From Arcobacteraceae bacterium (GTDB lineage Bacteria; Campylobacterota; Campylobacteria; Campylobacterales; Arcobacteraceae): a DNA stretch of 64,000 nt. Below, one piece after another: positions 1 to 9,065 of the stretch (within the stretch, counting starts at the first letter, position 1; each line of letters begins with the position of its first letter). A model generated the notes under the pieces. That model worked only from the letters and a program-made list of their open reading frames with translations. It made no database searches and was not told the DNA's origin. The DNA lies in assembly GCA_963662945.1 (NCBI GenBank), contig OY759974.1:1312001-1376000 (forward strand), given 5' to 3'. The position numbers were made by a program, and so were the translations under genes.

Positions 1-1
1 T

Positions 2-247
2 TTTAATCAAGTAAATATAAATAAAAACTCTAAATTGTTTTTAGAACTAGAAGACAAAAGTGATTTTTATTTTACCCATAGTTATAAAATGTCTACAAAA
101 AAAGATATTAATGAATCAACTTGTGTATATGGAGATAATTTTGTTGCAGCCTTTGAATATGGTAATATTTTAGGTACACAATTTCATCCGGAGCTGAGTC
201 AAACTAATGGCTTACAAATATTAAAAAACTTTATTGAGAAATTTTAA
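2..247 (+). CDS. HisH-like glutamine amidotransferase of a glycan locus (5'-truncated by the window edge)
   Basis: Frame is open from base 2 (FNQVNINKNSKLF...); has YFTHSY and the GTQFHPELS catalytic His-Glu motif; directly upstream of a HisF paralogue. Confidence 0.85.
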   Translation, partial: FNQVNINKNSKLFLELEDKSDFYFTHSYKMSTKKDINESTCVYGDNFVAAFEYGNILGTQFHPELSQTNGLQILKNFIEKF

Positions 248-1018
248 ATGTTACGAAAAAGAATTATATTCTCACTCATTTATGAAAATGGTATTTTTAA
301 TCAAAGTCGAAATTTTCGATTACAAAAAGTAGGAAATATTCAATGGCTAGAAAAAAACTATAAATTTCAAGAGATAGCTTTTTCATTAGATGAACTAATC
401 GTTTTAAATGCATCCAAAAATAAAAAAAACATGCAAGAATTTGGTCAAACTTTAAGTGCATTAGTAAATGATGTTTTTATTCCTATAGCAGCTGGTGGTG
501 GTATTAGAACAATTGAAGATGCACAATACCTATTTCAAAATGGTGCCGATAAATTAGTCATAAATACTATTCTTTATCAAGATCCAAACTTAGTAAAAGA
601 ATTAGCTAAAATATATGGCTCTCAAAGCCTTGTTGCAAGTATTGATTATAAAATCATTGATAATTTACCAAAAGTATTTATTCATAATGGAACAGAACCA
701 CTTGATATCTCTTTAAAAGAATATTTAGAATATATTCAAGAACTAAATATTGGTGAAATTTATTTGAACTCAATAGATAAGGATGGGACTGGATTTGGTT
801 ATGATTTTGATACAATACAAAATATAAAAGATGTTATTGATGTTCCTCTAATTATTGCCGGTGGAGCAGGTAATGAAACTCACTTAAAAAGTGGACTAGA
901 ACTAGAATATGTAAGTGCTGTTGCAACAGCTAATCTGTTTAACTTTATAGGAAACGGCTTACCTAATGCAAGAAAAAGTATTTTAAAAGAAGGGTTAAAT
1001 ATATCAAAATGGATGTAA
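248..1018 (+). CDS. HisF-like cyclase paralogue (WbuZ/AglZ type, glycan amidination accessory)
   Basis: MLRKRII start, IPIAAGGGIRT, SIDKDGTGFGYD, IIAGGAG; the housekeeping hisF is elsewhere (50613). Confidence 0.85.
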   Translation: MLRKRIIFSLIYENGIFNQSRNFRLQKVGNIQWLEKNYKFQEIAFSLDELIVLNASKNKKNMQEFGQTLSALVNDVFIPIAAGGGIRTIEDAQYLFQNGADKLVINTILYQDPNLVKELAKIYGSQSLVASIDYKIIDNLPKVFIHNGTEPLDISLKEYLEYIQELNIGEIYLNSIDKDGTGFGYDFDTIQNIKDVIDVPLIIAGGAGNETHLKSGLELEYVSAVATANLFNFIGNGLPNARKSILKEGLNISKWM

Positions 1019-1989
1019 AACAAACTACAGTATATGAATATGCATTAATAACAGATAAAATAGTATTTGCCGACGGTATCTCAAGAACTGGTAAAGCAAT
1101 GATTAGTAACCTATTACTTGGTTTTGACAAAATGTCAAGTGTACAATTTATTAATCCATTTGAACAACTTATGCCAATGTACATGCATAATAAAATTACA
1201 AAAGATGCGATGTCTGGGTTTCTACGTCTTTTTTTTAACGAAAATTTTTATAATTATAAGTTATCAAGAAATATAAATTTTAGATATGATGATTTAACAA
1301 GTATTTACAATACAAATAATCCCATAGAATTTCACAAAAACTTATCTAAAAAAGATGGTGATGCAATCATAAATGAACTACTAAATGAAACACTATATTT
1401 TCAATTTCAAACACATGACTTACTAACTCATTATTCAAAGTTTCTTGAATTAAATATAGATGCATATGTCATTGAATTACTAAGGAATCCTATTGATACT
1501 GTACATTCTTGGCATAAAAGAGGATGGGGTACACGATTTGATCAAGTAGATCCAAGAAGTGGTACAACATTATTTCAATATAAAAATAAAACTATTCCGC
1601 ACTATGCTATTGGGAATGAAGAATATTACTTAAAATTAAATCCTATGGAAAAATGTGTATTTATGCATAATTCCCTACAAAAAAAATCTATTTTTGAATA
1701 TAAAAAATTAACTGCTGAACAAAAAAATAAAATTTTACTTATTAAGTATGAAGATATGATTGATGATCCAAATCTTCAACTTAATAAAATATCAGAATTT
1801 TTAAATCTTAAAATAACTTCACACATGACAAAAATGATGAAAGATGCAAAAGTTCCAAGAATAATTAATACACAAGATAGAAATATTAAACTTGAAGAAA
1901 TTAAAAACAATGTTTCTCAAGATATTTATGATGATTTACTCAAATTAGCATATGAATATGAAACAAACTTTTACACCCTAAATCCGTAG
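1009..1989 (+). CDS. PAPS-dependent sulfotransferase
   Basis: 5'-PSB-like loop GISRTGKA, 3'-PB motif LLRNPIDTVHSW, IKYEDMIDDP; sits in a PAPS synthesis cassette. Confidence 0.75.
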   Translation: MDVKQTTVYEYALITDKIVFADGISRTGKAMISNLLLGFDKMSSVQFINPFEQLMPMYMHNKITKDAMSGFLRLFFNENFYNYKLSRNINFRYDDLTSIYNTNNPIEFHKNLSKKDGDAIINELLNETLYFQFQTHDLLTHYSKFLELNIDAYVIELLRNPIDTVHSWHKRGWGTRFDQVDPRSGTTLFQYKNKTIPHYAIGNEEYYLKLNPMEKCVFMHNSLQKKSIFEYKKLTAEQKNKILLIKYEDMIDDPNLQLNKISEFLNLKITSHMTKMMKDAKVPRIINTQDRNIKLEEIKNNVSQDIYDDLLKLAYEYETNFYTLNP

Positions 1990-1997
1990 GAAACTAG

Positions 1998-2711
1998 ATG
2001 GATATTTATCTTTTACTTACTATTATAATTACGGCAGCTATACAATCTTTATTTGGTGTTGGAGTATTGCTTTTTGGTACTCCAATTCTCCTACTATTAA
2101 ATTATGAATTCTTTGATGCTTTAATAATACTCCTTCCCATATCAGCATCAATCAACTTAATGCAAGTTATTAAAGGCTATAAACAAATTGATTTTGATAT
2201 CTATAAACATATATTATTCATTTCAGTACCTTTTATTATTTTAACATTATATCTTCTTTCAAAATTCACTATACATATAACCGTATACATAGGCTTATTA
2301 CTAATGATTATTGCACTCAAAGAGTATGTAAGTGTTATACAAAATTTTATCAATAAATTATTATCATACAATAACTTTTTTTATGTAATTATGGGATTAG
2401 TTCATGGTATGACAAACTTAGGTGGGGCGCTGCTAACTGCCAAAATTTTTAATACTAACTTAGATAAATATCAAAAAAGAAGTACTATTGCGATATCGTA
2501 TATGACATTTGCTTTATTTCAAATAGTTACAATTTTACTTTTAACATATGAATATAATATTTTCAATCTTTTATTTATTTTAATTGGACTAAGTGTTTAT
2601 ATATTAGTAAATAAAATATTTTTTTATAAAATTACAAATAATAAATATGATAGACTATTTGCAATATTTTTATTCACATCTGGATTGACACTAACTTTAA
2701 AAGGATTATGA
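1998..2711 (+). CDS. TauE/SafE (TSUP) family sulfur-oxyanion transporter
   Basis: Multi-TM protein with IQSLFGVGVLLFGTP and GLVHGMTNLGGALL repeats typical of TauE. Confidence 0.75.
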   Translation: MDIYLLLTIIITAAIQSLFGVGVLLFGTPILLLLNYEFFDALIILLPISASINLMQVIKGYKQIDFDIYKHILFISVPFIILTLYLLSKFTIHITVYIGLLLMIIALKEYVSVIQNFINKLLSYNNFFYVIMGLVHGMTNLGGALLTAKIFNTNLDKYQKRSTIAISYMTFALFQIVTILLLTYEYNIFNLLFILIGLSVYILVNKIFFYKITNNKYDRLFAIFLFTSGLTLTLKGL

Positions 2712-3205
2712 TGGTAATTTGGTTAATTGGTATATCAGGAGCGGGCAAAACAACATTAGGGAATAAAATTCATAATCATTATGTAAAAAAAAATCAAAAA
2801 TCTTTTATCATTGATGGAGATATTGTAAGAAGTTTTTATAATAACGATTTAGGATACACAAAAGAAGATCGAATAGCAAATATAAAAAGAATAATGCTAT
2901 CAGCTTATGTTTTAGAAAAGAATGGTATTATCCCAATTGTATGTAACATCTCTCCTTTTGAAAATTTACGAAATTTTGCTAGAGAAAAATTTGAGAATTA
3001 CCAAGAAATATATTTAAAAAAAAATATACAAGATGCCAAAAGTAATGATGTTAAAGAGATATATAAAAATAATCTTCATAAAACAGATTTAGTTGGAATC
3101 GATATGGTTTTTGAAGAACCACAATATAGTAATTTAATTTTAGAAGTTGATAAAGAAACTGAAGAAGCGTCGTTTAATAAAATAATTTCACATTTAGAAA
3201 GTTAA
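2708..3205 (+). CDS. cysC: Adenylyl-sulfate (APS) kinase
   Basis: IWLIGISGAGKTT P-loop, IDGDIVR, DLGYTKEDR, VGIDMVFEEP. Confidence 0.85.
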   Translation: MMVIWLIGISGAGKTTLGNKIHNHYVKKNQKSFIIDGDIVRSFYNNDLGYTKEDRIANIKRIMLSAYVLEKNGIIPIVCNISPFENLRNFAREKFENYQEIYLKKNIQDAKSNDVKEIYKNNLHKTDLVGIDMVFEEPQYSNLILEVDKETEEASFNKIISHLES

Positions 3206-3211
3206 AATAGT

Positions 3212-4279
3212 ATGTCAGTAAAATATAATTTAAATGAAGAATCACTGCAAGATTGTATCAATATAGCTACAGGTTTATTTTATCCACTAACAGGATTTAT
3301 GTCATCAACAGATTATCATAATGTTGTTATAAATATGAAACTTAGCAACCAACAAATATGGACTATTCCTATTAGTTTAGATATAGACTATGCCACATAT
3401 ATGGAAGCTGTTGAATCTACAAAATTAGACCTTTTATTTGATAATAACTTAATTGGTTTTATGAAAATTGACGATTGCTATATTGTTGACCAAAAACAAG
3501 ATATAAAATCTATTTTTGGGACAGATGATCCTAATCATCCTGGTGTTTCAAAAGAATTATCAAGAGAAAAATATAGAGTAGGTGGAGAGATAACAATTAC
3601 CAATCAATCCATATTAAATGATTCATTAAACCCAAAAAAAACTAAAGCTTATTTTAAAAGTCAGAATTGGAAAACAATTGCTGGTTTTCAAACTCGAAAT
3701 CCTGTTCATAAAGCACATGAACATTTACAAAGGATAGCTCTTGATATCTGTGATGGATTATTTATAAATCCACTAGTAGGATGGAAAAAAGTAGGTGACT
3801 TTAGTGAACAAGCAGTTATAGATGGTTATAAAGCTATGATTACAGAATACTATGCTGGTTTAAATGTTTACTTTGAAAGTTTAAAAACACCTATGCGATA
3901 TGCTGGTCCAAGAGAAGCTATTTTTCATGCACTTATAAGAAGAAATTTAGGCTGTACCCATTTTATAATTGGACGAGATCATGCCGGCGTTGGAGATTAT
4001 TATGGAAAATATGAAGCACAAGAACTTGCTAGAGAAATTCTTAAAGACAATGATTTAGGTATTGAACTTCTTCTTCTCAGTGAACCATTTTATTGTCATA
4101 AATGTGACCAAATTGTTTCAGATAAAACTTGCCATCACGATGACCAATATATAGAAAAAATAAGTGGTACAAAGATCAGAGCAATGCTTGCTGAAAATAA
4201 AAGACCAAAAGAATTGTATATGAGAAAAGAAATAGCTGATGCTATTATAAAATTAAATGATGATAAATTTATAAGATAA
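3212..4279 (+). CDS. sat: Sulfate adenylyltransferase (ATP sulfurylase)
   Basis: GFQTRNPVHKAH, MRYAGPREAIFHA, THFIIGRDHAG, ISGTKIR. Confidence 0.95.
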   Translation: MSVKYNLNEESLQDCINIATGLFYPLTGFMSSTDYHNVVINMKLSNQQIWTIPISLDIDYATYMEAVESTKLDLLFDNNLIGFMKIDDCYIVDQKQDIKSIFGTDDPNHPGVSKELSREKYRVGGEITITNQSILNDSLNPKKTKAYFKSQNWKTIAGFQTRNPVHKAHEHLQRIALDICDGLFINPLVGWKKVGDFSEQAVIDGYKAMITEYYAGLNVYFESLKTPMRYAGPREAIFHALIRRNLGCTHFIIGRDHAGVGDYYGKYEAQELAREILKDNDLGIELLLLSEPFYCHKCDQIVSDKTCHHDDQYIEKISGTKIRAMLAENKRPKELYMRKEIADAIIKLNDDKFIR

Positions 4280-4292
4280 TAAGAGGTAAAAA

Positions 4293-5273
4293 ATGAAAAA
4301 ACTAATTGCTACAGTAGGTCCATCTTTATTGAAAACACTACCATTAAATACAATACATGATGAAAAAAATATTTATAGAATAAATGGTGCCCATGGGACA
4401 ATAGAAGATATTGAGAATTATATCTTAGAAATAAGAGCTCAAGAAAAAGATGCTAATATATTAATGGACTTGCCAGGAAATAAAGTACGAACAGCAAATT
4501 TAAATGGTGGCTTTATTGATATCAAAGAAAACGAAGAGTTTTCTCTCTTATTTAGTCAAATGAATTACAAAGAATTTTTTAAGCATATTAAGGTAGGAGA
4601 TACTGTTTGGGCAAATGATTCAATCTTTAAATTTACTGTAAAAAGCATTCATATTGAAGCAATGGAGATTAAATTTATTTCACATTCTACAGGAAGATTA
4701 CTAAATAATAAAGGAATGCATATCCGAGGTATTCATGAACATATTCCCTTTCTATTTGATAAAGATAAAGAACTCATTAAATTAGCAAATAAATATAACT
4801 TAGCTTATGTAGGATTGTCTTTTGTTCGTACACGAAGTGATGTTTTAGAAGCAAAACAACTCATTAACGAAAATATCAAAATAATTTCAAAAGTAGAAAC
4901 AATTGCAGCAGTTGAGAATTTAATAGATATTCTAAAAGAAGTTGAATATATTTTAATTGATAGAGGTGATTTATCTACGGAAATAGGATTAGAAAAAGTA
5001 CCCGCTTACCAAAAATATATTATTGATAAAGCCATTTTTTATGGTACTAAAGTATTTTTAGCAACACAATTTTTAAAAAGTATGGAACACAATCCGATTC
5101 CAACAATTCCTGAAGTTATAGATATGTATAACACATTAAAAAGTGGAATTTATGGTATTCAACTTTCAGAAGAAACAGCCGTTGGAAAATATCCTAAAGA
5201 ATGTTTAAATACTATAAATAAACTATTAGAAGAAATAGATAATGAGAGACTTACCAACAAAATAACATGTTAA
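4293..5273 (+). CDS. Divergent pyruvate-kinase-like protein (A and B domains only, no C domain)
   Basis: ATVGPS, RINGAHG, SFVR, SKVE, DRGDL, ATQFLKSM, LSEETAVGKYP; only 326 aa. Confidence 0.8.
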   Translation: MKKLIATVGPSLLKTLPLNTIHDEKNIYRINGAHGTIEDIENYILEIRAQEKDANILMDLPGNKVRTANLNGGFIDIKENEEFSLLFSQMNYKEFFKHIKVGDTVWANDSIFKFTVKSIHIEAMEIKFISHSTGRLLNNKGMHIRGIHEHIPFLFDKDKELIKLANKYNLAYVGLSFVRTRSDVLEAKQLINENIKIISKVETIAAVENLIDILKEVEYILIDRGDLSTEIGLEKVPAYQKYIIDKAIFYGTKVFLATQFLKSMEHNPIPTIPEVIDMYNTLKSGIYGIQLSEETAVGKYPKECLNTINKLLEEIDNERLTNKITC

Positions 5274-6016
5274 ATACAATTGATATAAATCTCATCAAAA
5301 ATATTGCAAGTGATGCCGGAAAAGCTATTATGGATATTTATGTTAAAAATTTTGCAATAAGTTATAAAATGGATAATTCTCCTTTAACAGAAGCAGATAT
5401 ACTAGCAAATGAAATTATATGTAATCAACTTCAATACTATTATCCTTCAATTCCCATACTTTCAGAAGAGAATAAAGAAATACCCTATGTAGAAAGAAAA
5501 GATTGGGAATATTATTGGTGTATTGATCCAATTGATGGAACAAAAGAATTTATAAAAAAGAATGGTGAATTTACTGTAAATATTGCACTTATTCATAAAA
5601 ATCGTCCTATATTAGGAGTAGTATTATCTCCAACAACAAAAGATATTTTTTATGCAAAAAAGGGCTTTGGAGCATTTCAAAATAATACTAAACTACCAAT
5701 TGATTTAAACAAAAAAGAATTTGTGATTGTTGCTAGTAAATCTCACTTAACTAATACAACTACAGAATATATAGACTCTATAAAAACGTCCAAATTCAAA
5801 AAACTAATCTCTATTGGAAGCTCATTGAAACTATGCCTTGTCGCAAGTGGATTAGCTGATATATACCCAAGATTTGCTCCTACAAAAGAATGGGATACAG
5901 CTGCTGCTCATGCAATTTTATTAGAATCTGGAAAAAATATATTTCAAGCTAATAGTAATGATGAACTTGAATATAATAAAAAAAATCTTACTAATCCAAG
6001 CTTTATTGCAAAATAG
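5267..6016 (+). CDS. cysQ: 3'(2'),5'-bisphosphate nucleotidase (PAP phosphatase)
   Basis: SPLTEAD, ILSEE, IDPIDGTKEF, GSSLKLCLVA, EWDTAAAHA. Confidence 0.92.
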   Translation: MLNTIDINLIKNIASDAGKAIMDIYVKNFAISYKMDNSPLTEADILANEIICNQLQYYYPSIPILSEENKEIPYVERKDWEYYWCIDPIDGTKEFIKKNGEFTVNIALIHKNRPILGVVLSPTTKDIFYAKKGFGAFQNNTKLPIDLNKKEFVIVASKSHLTNTTTEYIDSIKTSKFKKLISIGSSLKLCLVASGLADIYPRFAPTKEWDTAAAHAILLESGKNIFQANSNDELEYNKKNLTNPSFIAK

Positions 6017-6017
6017 A

Positions 6018-7973
6018 TTACTTAACAGCTTTCTTCAAATCTTTAAATAATTCAATAACCGCGATTGACCACAGTTTTGCTACATCATTAATTACTTTTT
6101 TGGAATGTAAATCTTTTTGTTTTAAATTTAAAATAAAATTTACATAAATATCTGCCAATGCAGTAAAATGTAAAAAGATATCAGAAAATACATGATGAGA
6201 ATCATTTTTTAATATTTCTAATATCCAAATCATAATATCTAATTTATGTTGTAAAAAGTCATCTTTTGATTTATATTCTTTAGTGTTAAATCTTTTTGCT
6301 CTATTTAATATTGTATTAATTACTTGAATATCTTTTTGAAATTCTAAATTATCTACAACTACAGAAATATTATTTATTGCTTCAATGCTAGAAAACTTTA
6401 TATCATCAAATTTTTGAGCCTTTTTATTAAATTCTTCATAATTTAATGGTTCTAATCCTTCTATGTATGCTCCGTCTGAAAGATTATATGCTTTATAGTT
6501 CAAATGAGTTAAATCTCTCATCGCCATTTTATAATGATCGATAAAAATTATTAACTCTCTATTTGTTTTAACTGTTTCTCTAAAATTTCCCTTTACTGTA
6601 AGAACATCTGAATTTGAAACTCTATTTTTATCTTCGGATTCTTTTAAAGTATGCTTAATTATATTCTTACAATCTGTAGCATAATTTTGTCCTGTTTCCT
6701 GATGAAATGCGGCATCATTTCCTATAAGATATAATTCTTCTGCACCTAAATGTACAGATACTAAAAATGCATAAGTACCTACATTAGGAACAGACCCTAA
6801 ATAACCAAGACTCTCAACTAAGGGTAAAACTTGTGCAAAATAATAATGCTTGTCTCCAATTATATCAAATACTCCAGAATCTTGTTGTGTTAAAAATATA
6901 ATAGCAGTGTTATTTAAAAAATTAGGATCTTGTGTAGTTAAATGTAAAGCAATTCTTGGCGAAGGATCAATTGAGAATATTATATCTGGTATAATTTTAT
7001 GCTTTTCTAATTTTGAAACCATTGTATCTACAGAAACAATAATAAATTTATTCTGATTTTCAACTATCCACTCTATATAACTATCAAGAGAGGGACCAGC
7101 ACTAATCATCAATAATTTTTTCCCTGTTAATACTTTTTTTTCATATGCTAATGGTACACTAATAAATTTTTCTTTCTTTTTGATAAAATCAACAATTTTA
7201 TGTAAATTATCTACTACCATTTTATAAGGAAATGTTATTACAGAGTTTTCAGCAAAAAAATCAACTAATTCATCCTTGATATATGCATTTGAAGTAACTA
7301 AGTTGTAATATTTTACATTATAGTTCATATATTGGTGATGAGAAGAAAAATCATCATATACAATTTGTCTTTTGTTTTTATCTTGCCCTACGCTTAAAAA
7401 TAAAGTTCTATTCCCTTTTGCAAACTCTGAATAGTCTGTTGTAAATAAAGATAATCTAAAAATTTCTAACTCTGGTTCTATTATTAATGTAGTGTACGAT
7501 TGAATTTTGGAATCAATTTCTTGAATATGAAAACCTAATCCTGTTCCAATAAAAACAAATTTATATATTTTCTGATACTCCACATTTTCTAAATCAACAT
7601 TTTCATTGATATAATTAACTATAGGCATTACATCTTTATAAATCTCACCTGATACTAATTTATTTGTATAAGGATTCTTTCTTAATAAATCTAAAGAGTT
7701 ATTATTGGTAAAATCTACATATTTTTTTCTTTCTTCAGCATCTTTATAACTATCTGTAAAATAATACATTCCATTATTTTCATGATTTAATATATCAAAA
7801 TAACCATCTACATATTCTAAAGTATATTGCTCTTTCTTATTTCCTACTGCAATTTCATGAGACAAGTTCTTTACATCTTCATATATATCATAAAAGTTAT
7901 CCTTTAAAAAAGATAAGTTTTTATGATATATACTAACTGCCAACTTATTCAACTCTTCTACATTTACATTCAT
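6018..7973 (-). CDS. maf: Motility-associated factor (Maf) flagellin glycosyltransferase, MAF_flag10/DUF115 type
   Basis: FIGTGLGFHI, IIEPELEIF, ISAGPSL, IIPDIIFSIDP, YLIGNDAAF; directly downstream of the flagellins. Confidence 0.85.
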   Translation of the reverse strand: MNVNVEELNKLAVSIYHKNLSFLKDNFYDIYEDVKNLSHEIAVGNKKEQYTLEYVDGYFDILNHENNGMYYFTDSYKDAEERKKYVDFTNNNSLDLLRKNPYTNKLVSGEIYKDVMPIVNYINENVDLENVEYQKIYKFVFIGTGLGFHIQEIDSKIQSYTTLIIEPELEIFRLSLFTTDYSEFAKGNRTLFLSVGQDKNKRQIVYDDFSSHHQYMNYNVKYYNLVTSNAYIKDELVDFFAENSVITFPYKMVVDNLHKIVDFIKKKEKFISVPLAYEKKVLTGKKLLMISAGPSLDSYIEWIVENQNKFIIVSVDTMVSKLEKHKIIPDIIFSIDPSPRIALHLTTQDPNFLNNTAIIFLTQQDSGVFDIIGDKHYYFAQVLPLVESLGYLGSVPNVGTYAFLVSVHLGAEELYLIGNDAAFHQETGQNYATDCKNIIKHTLKESEDKNRVSNSDVLTVKGNFRETVKTNRELIIFIDHYKMAMRDLTHLNYKAYNLSDGAYIEGLEPLNYEEFNKKAQKFDDIKFSSIEAINNISVVVDNLEFQKDIQVINTILNRAKRFNTKEYKSKDDFLQHKLDIMIWILEILKNDSHHVFSDIFLHFTALADIYVNFILNLKQKDLHSKKVINDVAKLWSIAVIELFKDLKKAVK

Positions 7974-8002
7974 AATATACTATCCTTTTCTAATATTCTA
8001 GC

Positions 8003-8037
8003 AAAAAAAAACCCAAGTTAAAGTTAACTTGGGTTTT
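8003..8037 (-). terminator. Intrinsic terminator after flagellin 1
   Basis: ACCCAAGTTA-AAGT-TAACTTGGGT stem; the A-run on + gives a U-tract on -. Confidence 0.8.
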
Positions 8038-8063
8038 CCATAATTTAATTATCTTAAAGAAAA

Positions 8064-8945
8064 CTATTGAAGTAATCTTAAAACATTTTGACTTGTAGCA
8101 TTAGCTTGACTTATTGCATAAGTACCTGCTTGTGCTATAATGTTTTGTTTATTAAAGTTTGCAGATTCTTGTGCATAATCAACATCTCTAATAACTGACT
8201 CAGCAGCAAGAGTATTTGTAACTTGAGTCATCATATTTCTAATACTTGACTGTAATTGATTTTGAGTAGAACCAATATCTGCTCTCCATCCATTTAATTG
8301 TGTTAATGCACTATCTAGAGCTGCAATATATGTTCTTGCAATCGCTTGAGCTGATGCTGCTGTTGTAGTCGCAGCTGCAAGAAATGCACTTCCTGCTTTA
8401 ATCATTAGTGCTGACATTTTGTTTAATCCAGTTGTATTAGCTTGAATACCAGAACCTAGTGTAATTAAATCAGCTGATGTTGAACCCATTTGGAATGTTA
8501 ATTTTACTGATGCACTTGCACCTGCAGCACTTCTTTGTAATAATGTTGTACCATTATATGTTGTTTGTTGTGCAATATTATTAACTTGTTCCAATAGTTT
8601 TTTAATATCTTTACCAATTGCTTCAATACCATCTAATGATGTTGTAGCTGTCGATGCCTGAATTAATTTTTGTTTTACGATATCTAAAATATTAGATGTT
8701 TCTGCCATCGCTTTATCAGCAATTTGTGTTAATGAAACAGCTGAATTACCATTTGCAACAGCTTGATTCAATGAACTAGCTTGTGTTCTTAGTTTATCAG
8801 CAATTGCTAAACCAGATGCATCATCTGATGCTTTATTAATTCTATAACCTGTAGATAATTTTTCTAGTGAACTAGATATATTATTATTTGTATTTGCATT
8901 CGCTTCTTGAGCTATTAGTGAGCTCACATTTGTATTTATTCTCAT
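8064..8945 (-). CDS. Flagellin 1 (short, 293 aa)
   Basis: MRINTNVSS, LEKLSTGYRINKASDDASGL, IRDVDYAQES, NVLRLLQ. Confidence 0.97.
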   Translation of the reverse strand: MRINTNVSSLIAQEANANTNNNISSSLEKLSTGYRINKASDDASGLAIADKLRTQASSLNQAVANGNSAVSLTQIADKAMAETSNILDIVKQKLIQASTATTSLDGIEAIGKDIKKLLEQVNNIAQQTTYNGTTLLQRSAAGASASVKLTFQMGSTSADLITLGSGIQANTTGLNKMSALMIKAGSAFLAAATTTAASAQAIARTYIAALDSALTQLNGWRADIGSTQNQLQSSIRNMMTQVTNTLAAESVIRDVDYAQESANFNKQNIIAQAGTYAISQANATSQNVLRLLQ

Positions 8946-9065
8946 AATTTATCCTTTTAAATTTATGACACATTGTAATCAAATTGATTACGACGAAAAA
9001 CATTCTCATTCTATCTCTATCCTGAGCATAGGGACTTTCACCCTTCGGTATCAATTGATACCTAT
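8706..9065. repeat. 360-bp direct repeat, copy A (flagellin 5' part plus 120-nt upstream element)
   Basis: Base-by-base identical to 9785-10144 on visual comparison. Confidence 0.9.
8946..9065 (-). promoter_or_regulatory. Structured flagellin upstream element or leader, copy 1
   Basis: Hairpins GGG-TGAAAGT-CCC, CTATGCTC-AGGATA-GAGATAG, GTAATCA-ATT-TGATTAC, AATTTA-AAAGGA-TAAATT and palindrome GGTATCAATTGATACC. Confidence 0.7.

Noticed and set aside
2-1018. Histidine biosynthesis operon
   Set aside because: Divergent paralogues in a glycan context; canonical hisF is at 50613
1552-1572. Internal PRSGTTL in the sulfotransferase as a second PAPS loop
   Set aside because: It lies after the 3'-PB motif, out of order for the fold; probably coincidental
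2708-3205. Phosphoramidate (MeOPN) pathway kinase like C. jejuni Cj1415
   Set aside because: It is adjacent to sat, a sulfotransferase and cysQ, and no glutamine kinase or nucleotidyltransferase genes are in view; APS kinase fits better
9031-9043. FMN riboswitch or group II intron fragment suggested by GGGTGAAAGTCCC
   Set aside because: The other FMN aptamer motifs and intron domain V are absent; kept only as a T-loop-like hairpin in an unknown element
8946-9065. Classical c-di-GMP-I (GEMM) riboswitch upstream of flagellin
   Set aside because: I cannot find the GGCAAA/GCAAA-type P1 and P2 signature of GEMM
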